A stretch of 64,000 nucleotides of DNA from Pseudomonadota bacterium (GTDB lineage Bacteria > Bdellovibrionota_F > JAHFAK01 > JBDREC01), in assembly GCA_043820105.1 (NCBI GenBank), contig JBDREC010000004.1, positions 69,682-133,681 on the forward strand, given 5' to 3'. Numbering within the stretch: position 1 is the stretch's first letter; every line of letters begins with the position of its first letter. Made by a program: the position numbers and the translations under genes. The notes under the pieces were generated by a model, which was not told where the DNA came from, made no database searches, and was given only the letters and a program-made list of their open reading frames with translations. This document shows positions 1 through 10,189 of this stretch, piece after piece.

Positions 1-108
1 GAAGTTTTTGTAGATAACAAAAGTGTTGGGCTTACTCCTCGTACCTTAAAAGGTTTTGAGGCAGGCATTCATTTGATTGAGTTGATTTGTCCAGATTCGT
101 AAGAAAAA

Positions 109-3100
109 TTAGAATAAATTAATGCATATTGCTTTGTTATTAATTGGGGTTTTATTAGGAAGTTCTAGCTTATCAGCTACATCAATAACGTGTTCATGGT
201 TTTCAACATTCGAAATAATTTCTTTAAAAAAACGAAGATTTACAGGATCTCTTTCAGATTTTAATCTTTTTTTAATATAATACATTGTCATTGGATGTTC
301 CATGCCTTCAAGCATTAGTGTTTGAACGGCAACATATCTGACTCTTGGCAGTTCATCATTTATAGCTTCTTGTAGGGCTTGAATAGAAATAAGGCTTATA
401 TTGTCTCCTTTTCCTAGTGCTTTGGCGGCGTTGATTCGTATAGTATCATCTAGTTCAAAACTTTTTAAAATATCAATTAATACTTCTTGTGATTCTGGGC
501 CTGTGTGTTTTTGATTGCCAAGTGCCTTGCATGCCAATGATAAAATGGCAAATTCAAATACTGGAGCATTTTGGTTTTGAAATTTCTCTAAAAATTCAAC
601 TTTAAATCGTTTTATAAATTTTATTAAAGTATCTTTAGCTTCTGTTGAACTATTGTGTTCAAAGGTAAATGCTCTGACAAGTTCTTGTATTAAAAATTTT
701 GATGGTTCATCTTCATAGTGATTTAAAGCGCCGATTAAAGCCATCTGACTGCTTTCTGTACTTAAAAGTTCAGAAGCAAGAGCCTTTATAGTTGCCTCCC
801 TTACTTGTTGAGAGCTGTGATTAATTCCATATTCGATTAAAAAATCCGAAACTTCAATGCTTGCATTGTGTTTTTTTGAAAGGGCTGTTATGATTTTACA
901 AAGAGTATCTATTGTATAATTTGAATTATTTTTTAATAAATTTAATAAGGCATAAGCAGTTGAAGCAGAGGCGTTGCCATTTGCTCCTAAAGCTTTGGCA
1001 GCCTCGCTTTTTTCTTCAGAACTTATTGTGAAAATTTTACCCTCAATGTTTACGCTGGTTTTTTGACTTAGGATTTTTAATAATATTTCCGCTGTTTCTG
1101 CTGAAGTATTATCTCCAAGGCCCATGGCTTCAATGGCTGCGCAACGAACCTCTTTGTTTTGATGTGTAATGCCGTATCGAATAAGCATTTTAGCCGTATC
1201 TGCTGAGGTGTTTTTATGTTGAGAAAGAGTTTTAATTATTCTGATTTTAAGCTTTATATCTATATCTTTTTTCTTTAAGCCATTGGCTATTAATATTTTA
1301 GCTACAGAGACAGATGAATTTGCTTCTGCACCAAGTGAATTTAAAGCTTCAAGTTTTTCTTCAACAAAAAACTCAGGAGTAATTCCTTCTTTTGCAAAAT
1401 AAATTTCATTAAACACAAAATTAACCAAAGCTATAGCAGTACCTGGGGAAGCATTTTTATTAAGGGAAAGAGCTTTTAAAGAAGCAATGCGAATTGCTTG
1501 ATTTTCATCTTTTAAGCCAAATTCTATTAGCACATTTACAGTATCTGGACCACTATAAATATACCTTGATAGTGTTTCTGCAAGCACAATTCGAACTTTT
1601 GTGTATTGTGATTCTTGTTTGAAAATATTTTGAACTTCTTTTCTAACAAAATCTGAATAGAGCTGTTCAATTCGCAATGTCTTTGCTGCAAATATTCTCA
1701 TATAGGGAGTTGAAAATTTTGCTACATTTAGAATTTCATCTGCCAGCAATTTTATTTCTTCCTGGCTAAAGGCTCCCAGGAAATCTTTGCTTTGAATTAT
1801 TCTTGTCATAACAGCAGCCTTTTGTTTTATATTTCCATTTCTCATAGCATCATAGGCCTGGTTAAAATCAATATGCTGTCTTGTTCTAATTATATATCCG
1901 CTTTGATTTCTTAATTGTACGCTTATCCTTTCAAGGGGATTTGTTTTTGATAAAACACTTTCCAATGAATCGCTAAAATAGGCAACAATTTCTTCAGGCG
2001 TATTTAATAGTGATGATTCTCTCAGGCTGATAATGTCATGCAATATTCCGAGAATTATTGAGCTGCTAATTTCCAAACAAATTGATTCGACTTCAGATGG
2101 TTCAAGTTCAATAAACATTTTTATTTCTTCACGCATGCCATCAGCTATGATTATTTGTAAATCCATGAAAAAGTCTTTTCTAGTGCTTAAATTTGTTAGC
2201 CATTTCAATAGAAATCCGATTTCAACAGAGGAAAGCCTTTGATCGAAGTTACTCATATCTTCTGTTAGATCAACAAGATCAGTTTCTTCTAGTGAATCAG
2301 TTAAGGTTAAGATGCTTAGTGGGGCTTGATATCTATTACTTCTTAGCATTTCCCTTAAGACTTGATTTAATTCTTCATATGTATCTTTTTTATCTGATGT
2401 TAATTCTTCAATAATAATATCTTCTAACAAACCATTTTTAGCAGCATCAAAAAAAATTAGAAATTGTTCAGAAACTGCTTCTGTGATTGACTGAACAGTT
2501 GCTTCCCTAAATTTTGAGCCTTCTTGATCTACATGTCTTTCTATTGCTCTGCCTGGATTTAAAGATGATTCCCTTTGTCTATTGTTATCTAATTCAATTA
2601 TGTCAAAGGAAAGGCCGATTATTTCAGCTGCCTCATATACTGCATCTAATAATTTTCCTTTTTCTTTTTCTGATCTTTCAAGAAGGTATGCTTTCCAGAA
2701 TTCTGGAGCTCTTTGCAAGGTCTCAATCGCTTTTTCTTTGGCGAATATATTGTTGCTTGCTAGACCTACTAAAATTACATTTAATCTTGTTTCAATCCTA
2801 TTGTTTGGACTCAGAGCTTCTATTGTCAATTGCCTTAAGAATCTATGTTCACTGTCGTCAATAAGGTTTAATAAAAGTCTAAATTTAGCCACACTTAAGT
2901 TTGAATAATCAGAATGTATTGAAAAAATAATGTTTTCAATTATTCTATTTTTAGTTTCTGGGCTTAATTTTAAAGCAGGTGCATTTTTACCTTTTGAATT
3001 AAAAATAAAATCTAAAATCTCAATTGCTGTTTCTTTTAAATTGTTATCATTGCCTGAAAGAATATCGTCAGAAATAAGAATTAATCTCTGAATATTTGCA

Positions 3101-4680
3101 TCACTTATGCTATCTATTAAACCACTATTATTTATTTCGAAAAACAGCACTAATGCATTGGAAGTTAATTTTTGCACATTTTGCTGACTTGGTTCATTGT
3201 CTGCTCTAACTTCTTCTGATATTGTAGTATCTAGTATTGTATATAGCTCCTGTACTAATGGACTTAGTTCATTAATTCTTTTTTCATTTTGGCTTCTTAC
3301 GTTTTGGTTTCTTGATTCAAGTCTTTGCGCTTCTGCTTCTTCTTGGTTTATTAATTGACTTTCAATACCAAGCTCAGAAAGAACTAGATCTCTTGTATCT
3401 TTTATTAGTTGCTTAATTTTAGGATTTATTTCTTTATAATAACGTTGTCTTAAGTGATAAGCTGTATCCTTTGTCATATTAGCTTTTTGGCCCAATGATT
3501 TGATAGCCGCTATTCGTACTGATTCTTGAGGATCATTTAAGGCATATTCCCCTAAAATTTGGATCGCCTTTTCAGATGCATTTCCTGGTAGCCCAAGTTG
3601 TCTTGCTGCTTCCTTGCGGACCTCTTTACTTCTATCTAAAGACTTTGGTTTTAATATTCTTTCAAAAGCTAAAACCGTTTTATTGCCTTGATGTTTTTCT
3701 GTTTCCAGGGATCTTATTGAAGCCATTCTAACAACAGCTGATTCATCTACAAGACCATATCTAATTAAAGCATATTGAGATCTTTCATGTGAATTATCAA
3801 TGTGTCCTAAGGCTCGGGCTATAGCGGGTTTTACTTCATTGAGATATGGTTTTTTATGACATTGTCCAAAGGCGGTTGTTAATATCTTTCTTGCTTTTGA
3901 ACCTGCTATGCCATCTATTTCCAAAACTTGAATAGCCTTGAATCGTCTATATTTTGTAGAGTCTTCAGATTGCAAAAGACTTTTTAATGATACATAAAGT
4001 CTTGATTTTAAGCCTGGCAGATCATTGAAAAACTTAAGATATCTTTTTTGAACGCAGGCCAAGGCCTTATCAACACTTATTATACCCTGACCATTTAAAG
4101 AATCAATTAACTCAGGAATTGTTATTTTATAGGAATTGCCATCTGGTAAAATAAAGCGAATTTTAGTGTTGCGGTCTATTTGGGTATAGCTGAGCATAAA
4201 GCTTTCAGTTACATGTTTTTTATTTTCATCTACATTTAAGGATTTTATTATTTGATCTCTAACTTCACTTGAAAATTCCTGATTATCAATTTCTCTTTTT
4301 AAAATTTCCTGCAATAATAGAGATGATTTTTTTGATGCTAGTTCTTTTAATCCTAAAGCAGAGGCTGCCTGAAAAATAAGCTCTTCTTTTTCTGATTCCA
4401 GTAAAAAATATCCTATTGCTGTGATTAAGATATCTTTATAATGCGGATATTTTGAAAATCTGCTTCCAATTCTATTATTAAGAGCCGCTAGTTGAATTAG
4501 AACCGTGTCATCATCACCCTCTAAGTTGCTTAGTACTCTGCTTATGACAATATTATCAGATGATGAAATCTTTTCATCATTAATTTGACTGGCTTCAGAA
4601 TTTGCCAAGCTAATCATAAAAATAAAAAAGAGTAGAATTGTAAAATAGCAGCCAAGTGCTTTCTTTAATTTTAATTTCAT
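109..4680 (-). CDS. Large secreted HEAT/ARM-repeat protein (~1523 aa)
   Basis: Start moved to ATG 4680 (MKLKLKKALGC..., signal-peptide-like). Many HEAT-like units (GL.D....VR.AAI.ALG...N.S) in N- and C-terminal arrays. Ends ...NKAICINLF. Confidence 0.8.
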   Translation of the reverse strand: MKLKLKKALGCYFTILLFFIFMISLANSEASQINDEKISSSDNIVISRVLSNLEGDDDTVLIQLAALNNRIGSRFSKYPHYKDILITAIGYFLLESEKEELIFQAASALGLKELASKKSSLLLQEILKREIDNQEFSSEVRDQIIKSLNVDENKKHVTESFMLSYTQIDRNTKIRFILPDGNSYKITIPELIDSLNGQGIISVDKALACVQKRYLKFFNDLPGLKSRLYVSLKSLLQSEDSTKYRRFKAIQVLEIDGIAGSKARKILTTAFGQCHKKPYLNEVKPAIARALGHIDNSHERSQYALIRYGLVDESAVVRMASIRSLETEKHQGNKTVLAFERILKPKSLDRSKEVRKEAARQLGLPGNASEKAIQILGEYALNDPQESVRIAAIKSLGQKANMTKDTAYHLRQRYYKEINPKIKQLIKDTRDLVLSELGIESQLINQEEAEAQRLESRNQNVRSQNEKRINELSPLVQELYTILDTTISEEVRADNEPSQQNVQKLTSNALVLFFEINNSGLIDSISDANIQRLILISDDILSGNDNNLKETAIEILDFIFNSKGKNAPALKLSPETKNRIIENIIFSIHSDYSNLSVAKFRLLLNLIDDSEHRFLRQLTIEALSPNNRIETRLNVILVGLASNNIFAKEKAIETLQRAPEFWKAYLLERSEKEKGKLLDAVYEAAEIIGLSFDIIELDNNRQRESSLNPGRAIERHVDQEGSKFREATVQSITEAVSEQFLIFFDAAKNGLLEDIIIEELTSDKKDTYEELNQVLREMLRSNRYQAPLSILTLTDSLEETDLVDLTEDMSNFDQRLSSVEIGFLLKWLTNLSTRKDFFMDLQIIIADGMREEIKMFIELEPSEVESICLEISSSIILGILHDIISLRESSLLNTPEEIVAYFSDSLESVLSKTNPLERISVQLRNQSGYIIRTRQHIDFNQAYDAMRNGNIKQKAAVMTRIIQSKDFLGAFSQEEIKLLADEILNVAKFSTPYMRIFAAKTLRIEQLYSDFVRKEVQNIFKQESQYTKVRIVLAETLSRYIYSGPDTVNVLIEFGLKDENQAIRIASLKALSLNKNASPGTAIALVNFVFNEIYFAKEGITPEFFVEEKLEALNSLGAEANSSVSVAKILIANGLKKKDIDIKLKIRIIKTLSQHKNTSADTAKMLIRYGITHQNKEVRCAAIEAMGLGDNTSAETAEILLKILSQKTSVNIEGKIFTISSEEKSEAAKALGANGNASASTAYALLNLLKNNSNYTIDTLCKIITALSKKHNASIEVSDFLIEYGINHSSQQVREATIKALASELLSTESSQMALIGALNHYEDEPSKFLIQELVRAFTFEHNSSTEAKDTLIKFIKRFKVEFLEKFQNQNAPVFEFAILSLACKALGNQKHTGPESQEVLIDILKSFELDDTIRINAAKALGKGDNISLISIQALQEAINDELPRVRYVAVQTLMLEGMEHPMTMYYIKKRLKSERDPVNLRFFKEIISNVENHEHVIDVADKLELPNKTPINNKAICINLF

Positions 4681-4829
4681 AATATGTACACGCCCGTCCT
4701 GTTTTTTGAGATTTGCTGAAAAAGCATATATATTATGCATTGCATTGTGTCAAGGGAATATGTAATTGACATGAAAGGAAAATAAAATTAGTTGTTAATA
4801 AAGTTACCACTTAATCCTGGAGGTTATTA

Positions 4830-6008
4830 ATGTTAGTTAGAGAAAAAGTTAAACAAGCAAAAGAACTATTAAAGGAATTTAATATTGATTGCTGGATTAC
4901 CTTTGTGAGAGAAAGCAAGGTTTGCGGTGATCCTATGTGCGATTATGTGGTTGGTAAGGATATGACATGGCACTCAGCTTTCGTTATAACAAAAGCAGGA
5001 AAAACTTACGCTATTGTTGGAAAGTATGAGGCTAAGATTGTTGAGGAAACTCAAGCTTATGATAATGTTATTGGTTATGTTGAGGGTATTAAGAAAGATA
5101 TTCAAGATTTGATTAAGGAAATAAATCCCGGAACAATTGCATTAAACTACTCAGAAGGCTCTTATATTTGCGATGGTATTACCCACGGCATGTTTTTAAC
5201 AATGAAAAGCTATTTATCAGAAATTGGTTTTGAAGATCGTATAGTTTCTGCTGATAAGATAATCTCTGCTCTGCGAGGAAGAAAATCTGATTTTGAAATT
5301 GATAATATTAAAAAAGCTGTTGACCACACAGTTGAAATTTATGACGAACTTGCTTCTTATATGAAGAGCGGAATGACTGAAAATGATGTGCGCAACTTTA
5401 TATTAGAAAAAATAAGCGCCAAAAATTTACCAACTGCCTGGGATCAGGAAAGCTGCCCCGCTGTTTATTCAGGCCCAGATACAGCGGAGGCTCATTACAA
5501 GGCCACAGACAGAATCATTGAGCCTGGGCATGTTGTTAATATGGACTTTGGTGTTAAATACAATGACTATTGCTCTGATATTCAAAGAACTTATTATATT
5601 AGAAAAGAAGGCGAAGACAAAGCGCCAGAAGATGTACAAAAAGCCTTTGACCTTATCAGAAAAGTTGTTGATGATGCAAAAAACGCCATGAAGCCAGGTG
5701 TTAAGGGAATTGAAATAGACACACTTGTTAGGACTAAAATCGTTGAAGCTGGATATCCTGAATATCCTCATGGCCTTGGTCATCAAGTTGGAAGGTTTTC
5801 CCATGATGGAAATGCCTTGCTAGGTCCAGCCTGGGAAAAATATGCGCAGCAACCATTTTTGCCTTTAGAAGCTGGAATGGTTTTTACCATTGAACCAAGA
5901 GTAACAGTTGAGGGAAAAGGTGTTGTCACAATAGAAGAAATGGTGGTTGTCACAGAAGATGGATGTGAGTGGTTATCAAAACCACAGATAGAATTGTATC
6001 TTGTTTAA
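4830..6008 (+). CDS. Xaa-Pro aminopeptidase/dipeptidase, M24 family
   Basis: GGAGG RBS; DFG...YCSD, HGLGH, TIEP and IEE metal-site motifs. Confidence 0.92.
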   Translation: MLVREKVKQAKELLKEFNIDCWITFVRESKVCGDPMCDYVVGKDMTWHSAFVITKAGKTYAIVGKYEAKIVEETQAYDNVIGYVEGIKKDIQDLIKEINPGTIALNYSEGSYICDGITHGMFLTMKSYLSEIGFEDRIVSADKIISALRGRKSDFEIDNIKKAVDHTVEIYDELASYMKSGMTENDVRNFILEKISAKNLPTAWDQESCPAVYSGPDTAEAHYKATDRIIEPGHVVNMDFGVKYNDYCSDIQRTYYIRKEGEDKAPEDVQKAFDLIRKVVDDAKNAMKPGVKGIEIDTLVRTKIVEAGYPEYPHGLGHQVGRFSHDGNALLGPAWEKYAQQPFLPLEAGMVFTIEPRVTVEGKGVVTIEEMVVVTEDGCEWLSKPQIELYLV

Positions 6009-6038
6009 TTTTGAATTTTAGATTTTGAATTTTGAATT
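6007..6038 (+). repeat. Heptamer tandem array (AATTTTG) x4.5 starting in the peptidase stop codon
   Basis: aattttg aatttta gattttg aattttg aatt. Confidence 0.9.
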
Positions 6039-6085
6039 AAATATTAATTGACTATTAAATTACAGTTATTTTTATTTTCTACCAA

Positions 6086-9000
6086 CTAAAAAAATGTCGA
6101 TGTTTCATCAGAAGGAATACTTGCCGCTCTATCAGCATAATAAGCATCTCCTATTGCTTTTGCAATATCATCAAACTTGGATGAATTCGTAGTTGTTTCT
6201 CTTAAAAAGGCTTCAACTGACTTATCAGATGTATGAGGATTATTGGCTTTCCACATTATATAATGTCTGTTATATTCTAAGGCAGCAAGCAGACCATCAC
6301 CTTCAAGCCAATCCATTGCAAATTGTCTGCCTCTTGATCTTTCAGCAGCTTTTGATAATAAAAGTTGTTCAAATCCGTGAGTTAAGATTACTCCTCTAAT
6401 GCTATTTTGCATTGGATTCACCATGCCTTCTCCTGTTAATAAGGACCAAATTGATAGACCATCGGACTTTGGTAGAATTTCCATATACTTTTGAATATCA
6501 AATTGACCTTGATGATCACCAAGCAACAGAGATTTTTCAACATCATTAAATGTTCTTTCAAAGGTTGTTCTTAAGGAAGCATAATCGAGATCTTCAGGGG
6601 TAACATTACCTTTTCCTGCTTCAATTTGTTCATATAGTACCCTATAGGTTTCAATATATTCTTCATAACCATCAAGTGTTTTTGATCGAATTCCAAAGAA
6701 ACCGTATGAAGCTTTAATTACAAAGCTAGATACTGCCCAATGCTTTTGAACCGCTTGCCATGCAACTTGTGCTTCGGCGTCTGTTATTATTCCTAGTTCT
6801 CTTAATTCAAAAATAAAGTTTCTAGTATTAAGAGCATCATGATGAACAAAGACTGCGATTAATTTTCTGCTATTTTCAGTGGCAATAATTGGGACTGTGG
6901 CTGGATCAATACCTTGCCTGGCAATTGCTTCATCAATTGACTCAAATTTCCTAACTTCAATATCTTGCCCTGATTTATTAAATACAGGAGATTGAAATAT
7001 TGTATAACCTTTTGTTGTTCTAATTTCCAGATCAGGTTTTGCTAAGTCATGAGCAATCGCAGCTACAAATGCTGATTTTTTTTGAGAAACATTAGCTTTG
7101 CCATTAGTAAAATGATTTAAGAGATAAAGTGTTGCTTCAACTACAATTGGAACATGACTTACATCATAACCTTTAATTCCAATTCCTTCTATATTGCTAA
7201 AGTATAGGGTAGTTAGTAAATCCGTAAGCTTTTGATCACTTAATTTTCCACCTGTTTCACCAACTATTGCAGCATTTTTTGCTGTATGAGCTATATCAAT
7301 TAAACTGTTAAGGGCGTTTTCAAAACCTTCAGGCATTTCTCGGCCTTTTGAGCGCATTGCCATTTCTATTCCATCTCTTATATGAGTTCTATCCATTCTT
7401 AATGATGCTGTTACAGCTGTAACAACAATATCAATGCATGATCTTATTTCTGCATAATGAGGATGGCTTCTTGCAAAGGCTGTAATTGGAGTTCTACCGG
7501 ATCTTGCAGTGACTTCTATTTGACCATCGCCAGTAGGAGGAGTTTTTCCAGGATTATTTCCATTTCCTGAAGCCATTTCCACAGGTCTTGCATCTTGTCT
7601 AGGGCCATTGTCTGATGAAGAAAAGCCTGAAGCTTGAGCTGTTGCAAATGCTAGTTGACCACCTTGGGCAAGGTCAGCAAGTTCTGCAAAATATGCTCTA
7701 ATTGCAAATATTTCAGCAAGGCCTCTTTGACAAGCTTCTGGAGAAATCTTTCCTGTTCTTAAGCCATATCCTAATAAGTTAACTGCTGATTCTAATCTGT
7801 TATTTAAGATAGTTACTTCAAGTTTTGTTTGTGCTAATGGGCCGGCAGCTGCATAAGCTAATTTTAATTGAGTGAGAATAATAGCTGCTTGAAAGATTTC
7901 TTGTCTAAAGGTAAGGTCTGCTTTTGGAGCAAGGTTTAAAAGCTCCATAAATTTTCCTAACAAAACAAATCCACTGAGTTCGACAGCTGTTTGTCCTGTT
8001 TTATTTGCTATTCCATAGATAAGTTTAGCACTCGGTGCTTGCTCAAGAGCCAACGCCATTATTGGAGCTGTAAAATAAGTCCAAATATGCATAATTGCTT
8101 CTAAGCCACCTAAAAATAAGGTTGCTTGAATAAGGGCTTTAGTAGTCAATGCATTTTCTCCACCAATAAACATGTTGTGTAGAGCGCCATTTACAAACCA
8201 AAACACTCCAACCTTCGTTGTAAATGCTAAAGTTGAAGCTGCAAAACTTATTTCAGATGTAGTTATTCCGAGACTTGCTACAGTAGCTGATTTTGTTAGA
8301 GCAGAAATCGTATAAGCCCCGACTCGAGCTCCAGCTGGTCCTCCGGCTAGCATTCCAAGGGTCATGGGAATTGCAGCCTTGGTGCCTTCTCTAATTAAAA
8401 CAGAAAGTTCAGCATCTGAAAAGCCTGTTAATGATCTTTCTCCTGCTACTTTTGCTTTTAATAGTTTTGCATTATGTTTTATGTTTGAGTGATTTGAAGC
8501 AATTAAAAAATCCAGAATATTATTTATTGTAAAAGCTGGATAATCTCCAAGCCTTAATCTTTCGCTCCTTAAATCTTTAGCATAATTATAAAGAGCAGAA
8601 AGCCTTTCATTATCATCTGTAATAGCAGAAATATTTATAAGCTTATCAACATCAGCGTCCAGGGCATTTAGAAATGATTTGAAATCACTTCCACTTAAAG
8701 CATTGAAACCATCTCCCAGGTTCCAGCCTTTACTAATAATAAAATGATTTGTTATTATATACCATGGAACTTCTTTTATTTCTTTTAGTCCCAATGAATT
8801 GTCTATTGAAGTGTAACTTTCAAAATTTTGAAAAGCCTCGGCAATATCTTTTGCTCTTCCTTCTTTTAAAGCAAGTATCATTTCCTGAATACCTGTTGTA
8901 ACACTTTCTTCGAGTTTAATAATTAATTCATCAAAATATGAAACCAGGCCCTCTGGAATTATTATTGTGTCAGTATTATGATGTTTTATAAATTGAATTT

Positions 9001-9520
9001 TTTCGAGGGCTCTGATTTGCATTAAACTTAAGCTGTGAACAGCTGGCATAATTTTCTCATTAAATATTCTTTCTTTTTCTGCCATTTCAGCAAATGCCGC
9101 GAGTTGGCTTGCCTGAGAAGCAAGCTCAGAATTTCCAGTAAAATGCAAAAAGGCGTCTTTTGCTTGTGAAAATTCACCTTTAAACAATAAGTGTCTAGCC
9201 CAAGCAAATTTTGATCCTTCAAAATCACCAATTGCACTATATAAAGGAGAAATATATTTTAATAATCTAGCGGCCTCACCAACAACCCCCATTAGTGTCA
9301 TTTGTTGAGCATGTTCTTCTGCTAAAAGTAAAAGGGTATGTTTATCTAGGACATTGCCGAGCTGACCCTCTAATCCTGTAAGGTCTTCAGTTAAAGCCTT
9401 ATCAATATAGCTTATTAAAAGTTCAGTTGTTTCTAGCTGCAAATTTTCAAAAGAATAACTTGATGAAATCAATGTTAAAAATATACATAAAGTTAGGAAA
9501 AATAATTTTTTGTTTTGCAT
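6086..9520 (-). CDS. Secreted multidomain protein: helical N-terminus, hydrophobic-helix block, G/P/N linker, C-terminal HD-like domain
   Basis: Signal peptide MQNKKLFFLTLCIFLTLISSSYS; hydrophobic Ala/Gly-rich stretch at about aa 375-560; motifs SHV...AHDLAK...VHHD...KHW...LGD. Confidence 0.7.
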   Translation of the reverse strand: MQNKKLFFLTLCIFLTLISSSYSFENLQLETTELLISYIDKALTEDLTGLEGQLGNVLDKHTLLLLAEEHAQQMTLMGVVGEAARLLKYISPLYSAIGDFEGSKFAWARHLLFKGEFSQAKDAFLHFTGNSELASQASQLAAFAEMAEKERIFNEKIMPAVHSLSLMQIRALEKIQFIKHHNTDTIIIPEGLVSYFDELIIKLEESVTTGIQEMILALKEGRAKDIAEAFQNFESYTSIDNSLGLKEIKEVPWYIITNHFIISKGWNLGDGFNALSGSDFKSFLNALDADVDKLINISAITDDNERLSALYNYAKDLRSERLRLGDYPAFTINNILDFLIASNHSNIKHNAKLLKAKVAGERSLTGFSDAELSVLIREGTKAAIPMTLGMLAGGPAGARVGAYTISALTKSATVASLGITTSEISFAASTLAFTTKVGVFWFVNGALHNMFIGGENALTTKALIQATLFLGGLEAIMHIWTYFTAPIMALALEQAPSAKLIYGIANKTGQTAVELSGFVLLGKFMELLNLAPKADLTFRQEIFQAAIILTQLKLAYAAAGPLAQTKLEVTILNNRLESAVNLLGYGLRTGKISPEACQRGLAEIFAIRAYFAELADLAQGGQLAFATAQASGFSSSDNGPRQDARPVEMASGNGNNPGKTPPTGDGQIEVTARSGRTPITAFARSHPHYAEIRSCIDIVVTAVTASLRMDRTHIRDGIEMAMRSKGREMPEGFENALNSLIDIAHTAKNAAIVGETGGKLSDQKLTDLLTTLYFSNIEGIGIKGYDVSHVPIVVEATLYLLNHFTNGKANVSQKKSAFVAAIAHDLAKPDLEIRTTKGYTIFQSPVFNKSGQDIEVRKFESIDEAIARQGIDPATVPIIATENSRKLIAVFVHHDALNTRNFIFELRELGIITDAEAQVAWQAVQKHWAVSSFVIKASYGFFGIRSKTLDGYEEYIETYRVLYEQIEAGKGNVTPEDLDYASLRTTFERTFNDVEKSLLLGDHQGQFDIQKYMEILPKSDGLSIWSLLTGEGMVNPMQNSIRGVILTHGFEQLLLSKAAERSRGRQFAMDWLEGDGLLAALEYNRHYIMWKANNPHTSDKSVEAFLRETTTNSSKFDDIAKAIGDAYYADRAASIPSDETSTFF

Positions 9521-9569
9521 AATGCTATCTCCTGTATGGATTTGTACACCGTATTATCTGTATTAATAG

Positions 9570-9585
9570 AGCAAATCTTATACCA
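9570..9585 (-). promoter_or_regulatory. Sigma-54 (-24/-12) promoter for the 1144-aa gene
   Basis: Minus strand TGGTATAAGATTTGCT (GG-N10-GC), about 50 bp upstream of the ATG. Confidence 0.65.
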
Positions 9586-9740
9586 TTGGGTTAGATTGTG
9601 TAAAAAATAATGATATTAGCAGCTTAGTGTTTATAATAAGATAATTTTATGTTAAACGTAAGAAATTATAACTATCTGATTTGTTTTTGGGACATTTTTG
9701 TCTTTCATTATGTATTGTCAACTGGTTATCTTGAATAATT

Positions 9741-9835
9741 GAGCACCAGAGCTCCAGATCGCCAGCCACCAGTTGAGTGGAGAACAAGAGTGCAAGGGAA
9801 CAAGGGAACAGGAGCGCAAGGGAACAAGAAAACAG
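9741..9835 (+). repeat. Compound short tandem repeats: CCAG-ending units, then 7 octamers (GGGAACAA-like)
   Basis: 9780-9835: gagaacaa gagtgcaa gggaacaa gggaacag gagcgcaa gggaacaa gaaaacag. Confidence 0.85.
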
Positions 9836-9983
9836 CACTTCTATTTAATCTATGAGCTTTAACTTGATCCTGAATTTAAATTCTTACCTTTTTTCTTTTG
9901 TCGCTTTCTTTTGACATTATTATTAAATATATATAAATACCTTAAACTTATTATTAATTATAAATATTATTTTGGAGACTTAA

Positions 9984-10106
9984 ATGGGCAGAGGCGATCA
10001 AAAGACTAAAAAGGGTAAAATATTCAGAGGAACTCATGGTAAAACAAGACCTGGCAAGATAAAGAAAGTTACAAAAAAAGAAGAAAAAGACGGAAAAGAA
10101 GAATAA
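9984..10106 (+). CDS. thx: 30S ribosomal protein THX (bS31 family), 40 aa
   Basis: GGAG RBS. MGRGDQKTKKGKIFRGTHGKTRPGKIKKVTKKEEKDGKEE matches the THX pattern MG.GD..T..GKI.RGT.GK.RP. Confidence 0.9.
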   Translation: MGRGDQKTKKGKIFRGTHGKTRPGKIKKVTKKEEKDGKEE

Positions 10107-10189
10107 AAACATGCTTCACCATTGACACGTTGTGTCCTTGTGTGCTAATGCTTTTTTAAAATTTAGCACAAGTATATTTGCGAGATATT

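Noticed and set aside
9647..9838. 63-aa minus-strand ORF
   Set aside because: Translation of the compound repeat array; no RBS.
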